A stretch of 56,442 bases of DNA. It comes from Verrucomicrobiales bacterium. Lineage in GTDB: Bacteria > Verrucomicrobiota > Verrucomicrobiia > Verrucomicrobiales > DEV007. The stretch covers positions 1 to 56,442 of the forward strand of contig JAAZZC010000239.1 in NCBI GenBank assembly GCA_014239335.1, read 5' to 3'. Each line of letters starts with the position of its first letter. Positions within the stretch are counted from its first letter, which is position 1. The notes below the pieces were generated by a model. That model was not told where the DNA came from, searched no databases, and saw only the letters and a list, made by a program, of their open reading frames with translations. This document shows positions 29,952-39,900 of this stretch, piece after piece. A program made the position numbers and the translations under genes.

Positions 29952-31118
29952 ATGACCCTTGAAAATTTACTCAATAACGAAGAAGAACGGATCCGGCGTT
30001 TTCCAATAGCAAAGGAAAAGATCTTCTTAGGCCATGCCGCAGTCACTGCTCTGCCTCTTTGTGCCGCTGAAGCGATGGCACAATACGCGCACTCTAGCAG
30101 TAAGGACCACCAAGAGTTTCCTGAATTCATTGAAACAATGAACGACACTAGGCGCTTAGCAGCAGACCTGATCGGAGCAAAAGCTTCAGAAATTGCTATT
30201 CTAGGCCCCACCTCATTAGGTCTTAGTCTATTTGCAAACGGAATCGACTGGAGAGCCGGTGACGAGGTCCTTTGCTATCAAGATGATTACCCAGCAAACG
30301 TTTACCCTTGGGTCGAACTTCAACGCAAAGGAGTCAAAACTAAATTCCTTGAACCAGAAGAATCAGGAACCATTACTCCTGAATTAGTCGAATCATCAAT
30401 TGGGCCCGCAACGCGACTCGTCGCACTGGCCAGTTGTCATTATCTTACAGGTTATCGGATCGACATTGACACAATAGGCAAGATGCTTAGGGAGCGTGGA
30501 ATTCTCTTTGCTTTGGACGGCATACAAACCTGTGGCGCCTTTCCTACACCCGTACAAAATGTTGATTTCATGAGCTGCGATGCCCATAAGTGGCTGCTAG
30601 GACCAATGGCGATAGGAATCGTTTATGTTAAGCAAGAAAACTTCGAAATGCTAAGGCCTACCCTGCTCGGAGCATGGAATGTTCATTCTCCAGACTATAT
30701 TACACAGGAAAAAATTAAATTTCACCCAACGGCCAGACGTTACGAGCCTGGCGTTTTAAATGCCTCCGGAATCGTGGGCTTTAAAGCGGCACTGGAACTT
30801 ATCAATGAATTTGGTATGAAAAATATTTCCTCGCAGCTTTTAAAGCTAAAATCTCATCTCATTAACAAATTAGAATCACTCGGATTCTCCATTAATGGGC
30901 CCAAAATTGGCAATAATGCTTCATCGATTACTACATTTAAGCCTTCAGAGGGAAATGCATTGGCAATATTCGATAAACTCACTAAAGCAGGAATTATATG
31001 CTCATGTAGAAAAGACCGCTCAGGTGAGCAATTCCTGCGATTTAGCCCTCATTTCTATAATACAGAAACAGAAATTGACCGTACTATAGAAATTTTAACA
31101 CTCGGCACCAATTCCTAG
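29952..31118 (+). CDS. Class V aminotransferase / cysteine desulfurase-like PLP enzyme
   Basis: FMSCDAHKWLLGP is the PLP-lysine context. The fold-type I pattern is present. Confidence 0.8.
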   Translation: MTLENLLNNEEERIRRFPIAKEKIFLGHAAVTALPLCAAEAMAQYAHSSSKDHQEFPEFIETMNDTRRLAADLIGAKASEIAILGPTSLGLSLFANGIDWRAGDEVLCYQDDYPANVYPWVELQRKGVKTKFLEPEESGTITPELVESSIGPATRLVALASCHYLTGYRIDIDTIGKMLRERGILFALDGIQTCGAFPTPVQNVDFMSCDAHKWLLGPMAIGIVYVKQENFEMLRPTLLGAWNVHSPDYITQEKIKFHPTARRYEPGVLNASGIVGFKAALELINEFGMKNISSQLLKLKSHLINKLESLGFSINGPKIGNNASSITTFKPSEGNALAIFDKLTKAGIICSCRKDRSGEQFLRFSPHFYNTETEIDRTIEILTLGTNS

Positions 31119-31184
31119 GGCTTGACTCTGGAATAGAAAAGGAGGATCTAATATACAAAATCATCGGTAAATCAGCTAAAGCCC

Positions 31185-31664
31185 ATGCCAGTTACAAGAA
31201 GAAATCGTAAATCTGAGGAAGAAAAACCTCCAAACTCAACAATTGATCTAGATAAGATCAAAGAACTGATCAAGCTCATGGAAGACCATGAATTGACAGC
31301 GTTTGAACTGGAGGATGCCGGATTCAAAGTTCGGCTCGAAAAGGGTGGTTCACAAGAACAGGTGTTAGCACCTATCGCAGCCCCGGAACCTGCCGCAGGA
31401 GCAACAAGCGAAAAGATCGTTGCTGAAGATACAGAACAAATAACATCTCCAATGGTCGGGACCTTCTATAAGTCTCCTACGCCAGACGCTGACGCATTTG
31501 TCAAAGTAGGTGACGCAGTCGATGAAGGAACAGTAGTCTGTATCATTGAAGCGATGAAGGTAATGAACCAAATCAAGGCCGAGAAGTCTGGCGTCATTCA
31601 ACGCATACTCGTAGATGACGCGTCCCCGGTCGAATTCGGCCAGGGCCTCTTCGTAATAGCCTGA
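31185..31664 (+). CDS. accB: Acetyl-CoA carboxylase biotin carboxyl carrier protein
   Basis: Ala/Pro linker and the [12 protein letters not shown] biotinyl-lysine motif. Immediately upstream of accC. Confidence 0.9.
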   Translation: MPVTRRNRKSEEEKPPNSTIDLDKIKELIKLMEDHELTAFELEDAGFKVRLEKGGSQEQVLAPIAAPEPAAGATSEKIVAEDTEQITSPMVGTFYKSPTPDADAFVKVGDAVDEGTVVCIIEAMKVMNQIKAEKSGVIQRILVDDASPVEFGQGLFVIA

Positions 31665-31692
31665 AAATAAAAAGGCTCGATTCGAGAATAGA

Positions 31693-33048
31693 ATGTTCAA
31701 AAAGGTCCTCGTTGCCAATCGCGGTGAAATCGCTCTCCGGGTTATCCGTGCATGTAAAGAACTCGGAGTCAGGAGCGTTGCCGTATATTCAGAGGCCGAC
31801 ATTGATTCGATGCATGTTCAACTCGCTGACGAAGCGATCTGCATTGGACCAGCGCCGAGCGCGGAGAGCTACCTCAAAGCCAACCGCATCATCAGCGCCG
31901 CAGAAGTTGCCAACGTGGATGCGATTCACCCAGGTTACGGGTTCCTCTCGGAGAACCCAGACTTTGCTGAGATTTGTGAAAGCTGTAAGATTAAATTCAT
32001 AGGCCCCTCAGCCAAAGTCATTTCAATAATGGGTGACAAGAATGAAGCAAGAGCCACTGCGAAAAAATTCAAAGTCCCCGTGACCCCAGGAACTGAAGGG
32101 ATCGTCAGTAATGTGCAGGAAGCAAGCAAAGAAGCCGAAAAGATAGGATATCCTGTCATGATCAAAGCGTCCGCCGGCGGCGGCGGTAAAGGAATGCGCC
32201 CATGTTTTAACGAGGCGAACCTCGAATCGAGTTTTCAAAATGCCCGTAATGAAGCAGAAAAAGCCTTCGGAAATGGTGATGTTTATATTGAAAAACTCAT
32301 CCTCAATCCACATCACATCGAGTTTCAAATAGTGGCCGACTCGCATGGAAACGTTGTTCATCTAGGCGAACGTGACTGTTCTCTACAGAGAAGAAACCAG
32401 AAGATCATTGAAGAAGCGCCGTCACCTTTGCTTAATAAAAATAAACGTCTAAGGAAAAAAATGGGGGACGCGTCTGTCCGGTTAGTCAAAGAGATCGGTT
32501 ACGAAAATTGTGGCACTATCGAATACCTTGTAGACGAAAGCGGAGACTTCTACTTCATGGAAATGAACACAAGGATTCAGGTCGAGCATCCGATCACTGA
32601 AGAAATTAACGGATGCGACCTCATTAAAGAGCAGATCAGAATCGCTGCCGGTGAAAAGCTCAGCGAGCATGTTCAAAATAGTAGCCCTCGCCAACACTCC
32701 ATTGAGTGTCGCATCAATGCTGAGGACCCTTACAATAATTTTACGCCAAGCCCCGGGAAAATTAATTTCTGGTTCCAGCCGGGTGGTCGAGGCGTCAGAG
32801 TAGACACTCACGTTTACTCAGGATATCAGGTGCCTCCATTTTACGATTCCATGATAGCCAAGCTCATTGTGACGGGAGCGACCCGTGAAATAGCTATAGA
32901 TAGAATGCAGAGAGCATTAAATGAATTTTTGATTGAGGGAATCAAGACCACGATCCCATTTCAAGACGCAATCATTAAGAACTCTGATTTCCGTAGTGGA
33001 AACTATAACATTGGTTGGGTAGAGGCCTTCTTGAACGATCTTAAATAA
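31693..33048 (+). CDS. accC: Acetyl-CoA carboxylase biotin carboxylase
   Basis: [33 protein letters not shown] and [14 protein letters not shown]. Confidence 0.95.
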   Translation: MFKKVLVANRGEIALRVIRACKELGVRSVAVYSEADIDSMHVQLADEAICIGPAPSAESYLKANRIISAAEVANVDAIHPGYGFLSENPDFAEICESCKIKFIGPSAKVISIMGDKNEARATAKKFKVPVTPGTEGIVSNVQEASKEAEKIGYPVMIKASAGGGGKGMRPCFNEANLESSFQNARNEAEKAFGNGDVYIEKLILNPHHIEFQIVADSHGNVVHLGERDCSLQRRNQKIIEEAPSPLLNKNKRLRKKMGDASVRLVKEIGYENCGTIEYLVDESGDFYFMEMNTRIQVEHPITEEINGCDLIKEQIRIAAGEKLSEHVQNSSPRQHSIECRINAEDPYNNFTPSPGKINFWFQPGGRGVRVDTHVYSGYQVPPFYDSMIAKLIVTGATREIAIDRMQRALNEFLIEGIKTTIPFQDAIIKNSDFRSGNYNIGWVEAFLNDLK

Positions 33049-33087
33049 TATTATCGGTCCGATCAAAGCTACAATCACAACTCCATC

Positions 33088-33714
33088 GTGAAGCTGTATT
33101 CAATACTCGACCTTGGTTACGTTGATGAAAAAGACATAGCCATCAAAACTGAATCAATCTGCGATTCAGGGATCAGCATGCTTCAACTCAGAGCAAAAAA
33201 TCATGATCCCGAAGGGATCCTAGAAATGGCTAAAATTCTAAGGCCTATCTGTTTGAAGTACGAAGTTCCATTCATTATCAATGATTACCCTGAAATTGCT
33301 GCCGAAGTCAGCGCGGACGGCGTCCATATAGGACAAAACGATGGAAATTTAGAGGAGGCTCGAATTTTGGCGGGAAACTGCAAGATTGTAGGACGCTCTA
33401 CCCATTGCCCAGAACAGGCCAGGGACGCTCATAGGGAAGGAGCTAATTATATAGGATTTGGACCTCTCTATCCTACAGCCACTAAGCCCGGAAGACCGGC
33501 GATCGGATTAAATGAAATTATACGGGTCCATAATGAAGTGCCATTACCAATATTTTGCATCGGTGGTATCACAGAACAGACACTCCCCGAAGTATTAAAT
33601 GCTGGGGCTCAGAACGTCGTTATCGTCTCGAATCTCTTGCAAAGTGAAGACATTAAATCTTATGTCTCGCGAATCCAAAGAATCGGAAAAAAGAACTCAG
33701 ATCAAAAATCATGA
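33088..33714 (+). CDS. thiE: Thiamine-phosphate synthase
   Basis: MLQLRAK, INDYPEIA, DGVHIGQND and FCIGGI. GTG start. Confidence 0.85.
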   Translation: MKLYSILDLGYVDEKDIAIKTESICDSGISMLQLRAKNHDPEGILEMAKILRPICLKYEVPFIINDYPEIAAEVSADGVHIGQNDGNLEEARILAGNCKIVGRSTHCPEQARDAHREGANYIGFGPLYPTATKPGRPAIGLNEIIRVHNEVPLPIFCIGGITEQTLPEVLNAGAQNVVIVSNLLQSEDIKSYVSRIQRIGKKNSDQKS

Positions 33715-34622
33715 AAGTAATCGTTGCCGGAACTGTCGCTATTGATGACGTCAAAACTCCTAAAGTTGAAAGGACGGGTCTGATGGGAGGTTCAGCGTCG
33801 TACGCTGCAATGGCATGCAGTTTCTTCGCAACGACTCGGATCGTCGGCATCATTGGCAAGGACTTCCCAAAAGAACACATAACAACACTCGAAAATAACG
33901 GGATCTGCACTGAGGGAATTGAACGCAGTGAAGGAGATAGCTTTTATTGGTCTGGAGAATATCACGAAAATATGGATGATCGAACAACTCATGACGTCGC
34001 AATCAATGTATTGGAAGCCTACGAGCCTAAGATCCCCGAATCGTATTTTGACACTGAGCTTGTCCTACTCGCAAATATGAGCCCCAGAAACCAGATCGAT
34101 GTATTAGATCAATGCAGCAATGCAAAGTATTCCATTGCTGACACAATGGACATCTGGATCAATAACGAACGGGACGAATTGATTGAGCTTCTCCGGAAAA
34201 TTGATCTCTTGGTCATTAACGAATCGGAGGCTCAGCTTTTCATGGAAACAAGGAACCTCGTAAGGGCCGGAAAGAAATTAATGGGCCTCGGCCCAAAGAA
34301 TGTCATCATCAAGACCGGCGAGCACGGCTCCATGCTGTTCGGTAAAAATGAGAACGAATTTTTCCGTCTCGGAGCCTATCCGCTCGAAGAAGTTGAAGAC
34401 CCTACAGGAGCGGGTGACTGTTTTGTGGGTGGAATTGCAGGGTTCATCGCATCACAGAATCAAGGATCTCCAAATTTTAATGATCTAAAAGCTGCCGTAG
34501 CCAGAGGCACTGTAATGGCCAGCTTCGACTGTGAGTCATTCAGTGTGGAAGGTCTGAGCAGTTTGGATTCCGAACAAATATCTGAACGTTTGAACCAATT
34601 ACTGAGCTATACCCAGATATAA
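33711..34622 (+). CDS. PfkB-family carbohydrate kinase
   Basis: DPTGAGDCFVGG is the PfkB signature 2. ATGA overlap with thiE. Confidence 0.8.
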   Translation: MKVIVAGTVAIDDVKTPKVERTGLMGGSASYAAMACSFFATTRIVGIIGKDFPKEHITTLENNGICTEGIERSEGDSFYWSGEYHENMDDRTTHDVAINVLEAYEPKIPESYFDTELVLLANMSPRNQIDVLDQCSNAKYSIADTMDIWINNERDELIELLRKIDLLVINESEAQLFMETRNLVRAGKKLMGLGPKNVIIKTGEHGSMLFGKNENEFFRLGAYPLEEVEDPTGAGDCFVGGIAGFIASQNQGSPNFNDLKAAVARGTVMASFDCESFSVEGLSSLDSEQISERLNQLLSYTQI

Positions 34623-34672
34623 ATTATTGAGAAGGGATTCTCTTTCTTTTTCATATTCAAAGATCAAAAGCC

Positions 34673-35857
34673 CTACTCATCGGTCAGATTCTCGAGTAAT
34701 TTCCAGCTCATTAATTTCATGCGCGGAACATGGAATGGACCTTTCCAAAGGTTCCCTTTCAGGGTTGAGCTGATACTCCCATCACGGTGAAGATAACCGA
34801 ACCATTCACCGTGCTCAGGATCAGGAAAAAACTTGTAAGCCCACTCGTGAACTTGTCTGTGCCATTCCGCATATTTCGGGTCACCGGTAATAGAAAAAGC
34901 GAATATTGTAGCAATGATGGCTTCGGCCTGCGGCCACCAGAATTTCATATCATGCCAATACTCCTGCACAGGGATGCCCTTCATATCAACGAAGTACAGG
35001 ATCCCTCCAAACTCATTATCCCATCCCCGTTCCCAGCTCCAGTCAAGGATCTGGCATCCTGTCTTGATTAGACTCGGATCGTTACGAATTTTCCCCTCCT
35101 GCATAATGAACCAGGACGCTTCTATCGCATGACCAGGGTTCAACATTCGGCCATCAAAGTGATCTATTATTTCTCCATCCGTTCCAACATTTTCCAACAC
35201 GCAACGAAGGTCCGGTTTTAGATGATCTCTGCAAATTTGCTCAATGCTACGATCAATCCACTCCTCAGCATCCGTAAGACCGATCGAATCACGCAGCTCC
35301 TGAGCTGTTGTAATTGTAATCATTGGAAACCCAAGACTCTTCATGGGCCGAACATCAGTGAACTTTGGATCGACTCCACGAGGATCAAGGTTATGACTAA
35401 TGAATCGGTCAAATGTTCTTCGGGCCTTCTCAGCATAATGTTTCTCTCCCGTGGCCTTGAAAAGTTCCCCATAAGCAATCGCAGCAAAACTTTCCGAGAA
35501 GGCATAGCGTCTCTTTCGGATCGGATCCCCTCCCCGAGTGAGGTGAAACCACATCCTCCCGTCGGACGGATCGAAGCAATGGTCGTCCATGAATTTGGCC
35601 CCATGCTTAGCTAATTCGAGCCATTCTGCTCGCTCTTCAACATTATTGTACAGCTCGCCTAATAGCCAAGTGAACCTTCCCTGCTGCCAGACACCCTTAT
35701 CGGTATCTATGACTTTCCCGCCCCGGTCAAGGGACATCATGAAACCACCATGATCGCGATCAACGCAGTTCTTAATCCAAAAAGGAATTACATCATCAAG
35801 CAGACTATTACGGTAAATCGAGATAAATTTTTCCCGAGAATCGGCATCTGATATCAT
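34673..35857 (-). CDS. AGE-family (N-acylglucosamine 2-epimerase-like) epimerase/isomerase
   Basis: The length and alpha/alpha-barrel-type pattern (FWIKNCVDRDHGGF, GHAIEASWF, YLHRDG) are typical of this family. Confidence 0.75.
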   Translation of the reverse strand: MISDADSREKFISIYRNSLLDDVIPFWIKNCVDRDHGGFMMSLDRGGKVIDTDKGVWQQGRFTWLLGELYNNVEERAEWLELAKHGAKFMDDHCFDPSDGRMWFHLTRGGDPIRKRRYAFSESFAAIAYGELFKATGEKHYAEKARRTFDRFISHNLDPRGVDPKFTDVRPMKSLGFPMITITTAQELRDSIGLTDAEEWIDRSIEQICRDHLKPDLRCVLENVGTDGEIIDHFDGRMLNPGHAIEASWFIMQEGKIRNDPSLIKTGCQILDWSWERGWDNEFGGILYFVDMKGIPVQEYWHDMKFWWPQAEAIIATIFAFSITGDPKYAEWHRQVHEWAYKFFPDPEHGEWFGYLHRDGSISSTLKGNLWKGPFHVPRMKLMSWKLLENLTDE

Positions 35858-35872
35858 TTCTTACTCTATAAC

Positions 35873-36760
35873 TTAATCAGAAGTCACAAGTTGACCCTTT
35901 GCCTTCGTCTTAATTGAATAGAGGGACTTGCGGGCCGTGATAAATAAGGTGTCGTAATCTTTACCGCCAAAGCAAACATTGGCAGGATGTTCAGGAGTCG
36001 GTATCAGTCCCAACTTTTTCCCGGCAGAATTAAAAATATGAATGCCTCCTCGCGAAGTGGTATAAATTCTTCCTTCCGTATCAATGCACATCCCATCACA
36101 ACGCACATTCATAATAAAGACGGGATCACCCAAGAGGCCCTCTTCTACCACATCATAAGCATGAATTTTACCAATATTTCCAGAGTCTGCAATGTAAACC
36201 CTTTTCTGGTCCGGAGAGAAGGCAATTCCATTTGGCATATCAAAAGTCTTACAAGCGACGCTCACGGACCCGTCACTCTTCAGTCGATAGACCCACTTAC
36301 CTCCTGCCTCTGCTTTTCTCCCCCTCAGTCCATAACTTGGATCCGTAAACCAGATCGTTCCGTCACTCCTAATTGCTAAATCATTTGGAGAATTGAATTT
36401 CTTCCCTTTATAATTATCTGCCAGAACCTTAACGGTCCCGTCAGATTCGGTCCTGACAAGATTTCTCCCACCATGCTGACACGAAAGGAGATTCCCTTTA
36501 AGATCGAGAAGGTTTCCATTAGAGGCCTCCACTTTTCTCCATTCCTTAATGCCTTCTTTTTTGGTCCATTGCAGTTGCAAGGACCGCGGGATATCCGAAA
36601 ATACCAAACGATTCTCTTTGGCTATCCATACTGGTCCCTCAGTAAACTTCATGTCAGTTCCAAGCTGCTCGGCAGTTGCCCCTTCACTCAGAATTGAGGA
36701 AAGATCGGCAAAAGCAGCATTCATCGCAAAGTTCAGGAATAAAACCGATAATAATTTCAT
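35873..36760 (-). CDS. Exported SMP-30/gluconolactonase/LRE-family protein
   Basis: TEGPVW, NSPNDLAIRSDGTIWFTDP, PNGIAFSPD and CDGMCID. The ATG at 36760 gives the signal peptide MKLLSVLFLNFAMNAAFA. Confidence 0.8.
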   Translation of the reverse strand: MKLLSVLFLNFAMNAAFADLSSILSEGATAEQLGTDMKFTEGPVWIAKENRLVFSDIPRSLQLQWTKKEGIKEWRKVEASNGNLLDLKGNLLSCQHGGRNLVRTESDGTVKVLADNYKGKKFNSPNDLAIRSDGTIWFTDPSYGLRGRKAEAGGKWVYRLKSDGSVSVACKTFDMPNGIAFSPDQKRVYIADSGNIGKIHAYDVVEEGLLGDPVFIMNVRCDGMCIDTEGRIYTTSRGGIHIFNSAGKKLGLIPTPEHPANVCFGGKDYDTLFITARKSLYSIKTKAKGQLVTSD

Positions 36761-36798
36761 ACTCATAGAATGGGCCAGAACCAATATAATTGGCAAGC
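36741..36798. repeat. 58-bp direct repeat, copy A (covers the start codon and upstream region of the SMP-30 gene)
   Basis: aaaaccgataataatttcatacTcatagaatgggcCagaaCcaAtataattggcaagc matches 44100-44157 at 54 of 58 positions in the same orientation. Confidence 0.9.
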
Positions 36799-36934
36799 TC
36801 ATCATAGGGCATAGATGGTTGCTTCATTAAATAGCCTCTTATTTTTCTTCAGTTTCACCATCAACTCGCTACCTGAAGCAGAATAATGAAATCCATTGCT
36901 GAGAAACAACAACTCAAGCTGAAGAATCCTCCAG

Positions 36935-36958
36935 GTCCGGGCAATAGTCAGCCCAGAC
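36935..36958 (-). terminator. Possible terminator hairpin downstream of the LTD-CotH gene
   Basis: On the minus strand, GUCUGGGC-UGACUAUU-GCCCGGAC forms an 8-bp stem (one G.U pair) about 30 nt after the stop codon. No clear U-tract follows. Confidence 0.3.
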
Positions 36959-36987
36959 TTACAAGGTTGTTTTCGTTCACAGAATTA

Positions 36988-39900
36988 TTACTCCCCGGGA
37001 AATAGAAAATTGACGCGCATTCGGAAGAATTTTTTCGTGTGTAATTCACCTGCCTCATCGTTCCTGAGAGTTAATGTTTCCGTGCCATCTCCGTTATCAT
37101 TGGCGGATCCGATTTGGATTGTCATGGGGTGCCACGTTAATAGGTCTCTGGAGGTTTCAGCAATATAATTGAGATCTGCTGCGTTTTTCTGGCGACGGAA
37201 ACTAAAATAAAAGTGGCCCTCGGACATGGTAGTCGTCGGAAGACTTCCCGGTGGGTTCGGTACACGTGGATCGAGGCCGAAGGCGTATTTAAGAAGGTTA
37301 GAAGTGCCGTCGCTGTTCAGGTCGACCAAAGGTTTGCTGATCGACAAGTTGTTACGTTCTGCTTCGGTGAAGTATTGCGTTTGCCAGCTTTGGAAATCCA
37401 TCCCAAAGCTTGTGTTCGGCTTGCCCGGGTTACCGTGGAGTTCTGCGGAGATCCCCCACGCAAGCGAGTTGCCCCAGGAATCGATATCGGCAGCATTTGC
37501 GTCGCGGATGTGCAGTGAACGACCGCCGCCATCGGTGGCCGGATACCAATCACTGTCACCGTAGGCGAACTGCTGAATGACGTTCCCCGGCTCGTCGCGC
37601 AGATCTAATCGCTCACCGTTGTTGCGCAGGTTGGATCTTGGATATTCACCAACAACTGGTAAGGCTTGGCCGTATCGTGCTTCGAATGCAGTGCGATTGC
37701 GCACTGCTACGACATAGCCGCCAGCAGGGACCGTCGTACCGATCGGGAACGTGAACGAGATGCCGTCTTGAAAGTGTACGCCTCCCACATTAAGCGGATC
37801 AGTGCCAATGTTTTTGAACTCGATGAACTCGAACTCGTTGGGATCATTGCTCACCGCGAGTTCGGCTGGGGTGGTCGGTAATGCCGGATTATAGTGGATT
37901 TCGGTGATACGCAAAAACTCGGGTGGGGTCGGTCTTGTTATCGTGCTGGTGATCGTGAGATTGTAAGTGTCGAGCAAGTTGTCCTGAAAATCGTAGGTCT
38001 CCAGCGCGATCGCATTTGCGCCAGTCAAAAGCGGTAGACTCACCCGCCACGTGTCACCATTCAACCATTCTACGGCCAGCGGCGCATCGTTGCCGGCGAG
38101 CCGGAACTGGCGAATATTGATCCAACCCTTGCCTTCGATCACGGCCGAGGTGTCGGCGACAGAGAAGTTGTTTCCGCCGTTAGTGGTGACGCTGAACTCC
38201 ACGTCCGATGGTAATTGTGATAGCGCAAAGTTTCCGCGGGCGTTGATATATCCCGCCTGACTTCCAAAATTCTGGCTAACTAGGCTTCCATAGTGTGTCA
38301 GCCAAGTGCTCATATAAGTTGTGTTAAAAGTCGTGTTAACTAGATCCTGAACATGCCCCCAGTAGAGGCGCCTATACTTTGGAATGTTAATCACATCACT
38401 CAAGTTGCCACCACCGGGTAACATCGACGAGTTGATGCCAGAGTTAAACACGAAGTCCATGTCCCACGGGAGCGCTGTTACTCCACGGCCATTCTCTGGA
38501 ACATAGATACGGATATTATGGCGCAAACCGCCTTGAACAAAGGTGTCGCCGATTCCGCACAGCAAAGTCATCGCCGTGTATCGACACCACTCATCGACGT
38601 CCATCCACTCGCCGATCTCGCCTGCAAGCTGTGCAGCCGGCAAGTCGAACATCTTACAGAAATTGATCAGTCCGGAGTAGTCGTCTCGTCGCCGTCCGGT
38701 ACGGATCTCGAATGATGCGCGGGAATCTTCCTTACTGTCGCCTAGATCGCGCATGTCGGTACCCATGTGGGTAAATGGTATCGGCGGCTTAAATCCTTCC
38801 GTGCCACCGATACTCGACACCGGGTCGTAGGTAATATCTAGGTTGAATACACTCCCGTTGGAATCATTGGAAAACTGTGATTCGGTAAACAGCCCACCGT
38901 AACCGGCCATCAGCATCTGTGAGGTACCGGTGTAGGTATTACTGGGGCCGACCAAGTGGATCAGCTCGTCATACATGGATGGGATTCCGGCATGGTTGAA
39001 CATGTGCTTCACGAAAATTTCGTGCTGCTGCCGAGCGACTGGCGTGCGCGCCGAACGATCGATGCTCAGGCTGTCGTGTATACCGCGGAAGAGCTGATCA
39101 GCAGGCAGGCCGATGTTGAACCCGCGAAAGGAAGAGCCGTCGCGTGCCCGACCGGCGCCGCTACCGCGCAAGCGCACTCCAGCATTATAGAAAATCTCGC
39201 GGCGATTGTAAATTATGGCACCTCCGAGCCGTTCATTACTCATCAAATTGAGATTACTGAGCATGAAATTGCGGTCGCTGTCGAGCATGATCAAGCGTAC
39301 CTCCGGCACAGCGAGATTGGAGCCTTGACCGTTGTCGACTTGAATCAGGGCACGCGAATCTGGACCAGATTCAGGCGCAAACGACTGAATACCGAGCGCG
39401 TCGGCCGCTTCGATCCAGAACTGAATTACGGTCCCAGACGGTTGACCAGTAAGCAGTCCACGCCCATGCCCGTCGTTATCTACAAAGAAATTAAAGGGCT
39501 GGACTGGGCCTTCGTCAAAGCGCGCCTTCAGCACGAAGTCACCTAACCCATCGGGATCCGATACATCTGCCGTGATTTCAATAAACTCGTTAGCCGCTGG
39601 CACTGGCGGGTCATGACGCAGGTTCCTGAATGTCGGCCCAATGTTGGTCTCGAGCTGCGAGTTCACAGCACCTGGACTGCCACAGTTTTCCGGTCGGTCG
39701 AGCTGCGTCGTGCGCGCGAGCCGCTGATAGTAGCAGCGCGAATTGATCTGATTCGAGCCAGCCAGCCAGCGCGCGAGGAACGTGACCTCATAGATCTGGC
39801 CACTGAAGATCTGGCTATTGTTGATAAAAGTGGTCTCGAGATGATTGTGACGTGTGTCCGTCGCTCCCTTTGCGTTGAGGTGTAGGACATTGTTTCCGGG

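Noticed and set aside
35855-35875. The SMP-30 stop (TAA) is in frame with the AGE-epimerase start 15 nt downstream
   Set aside because: These are different, complete protein families and the stop is TAA. The shared frame is coincidental.
36886-37005. 39-codon plus-strand ORF whose end (..RLFSFTELLL..) faintly recalls a prepilin-type GFTLIELL N-terminal motif
   Set aside because: The match is poor: there is no Gly before the Phe and the hydrophobic helix is truncated by a stop. It overlaps the 3' end of the CotH gene and is most likely noise.
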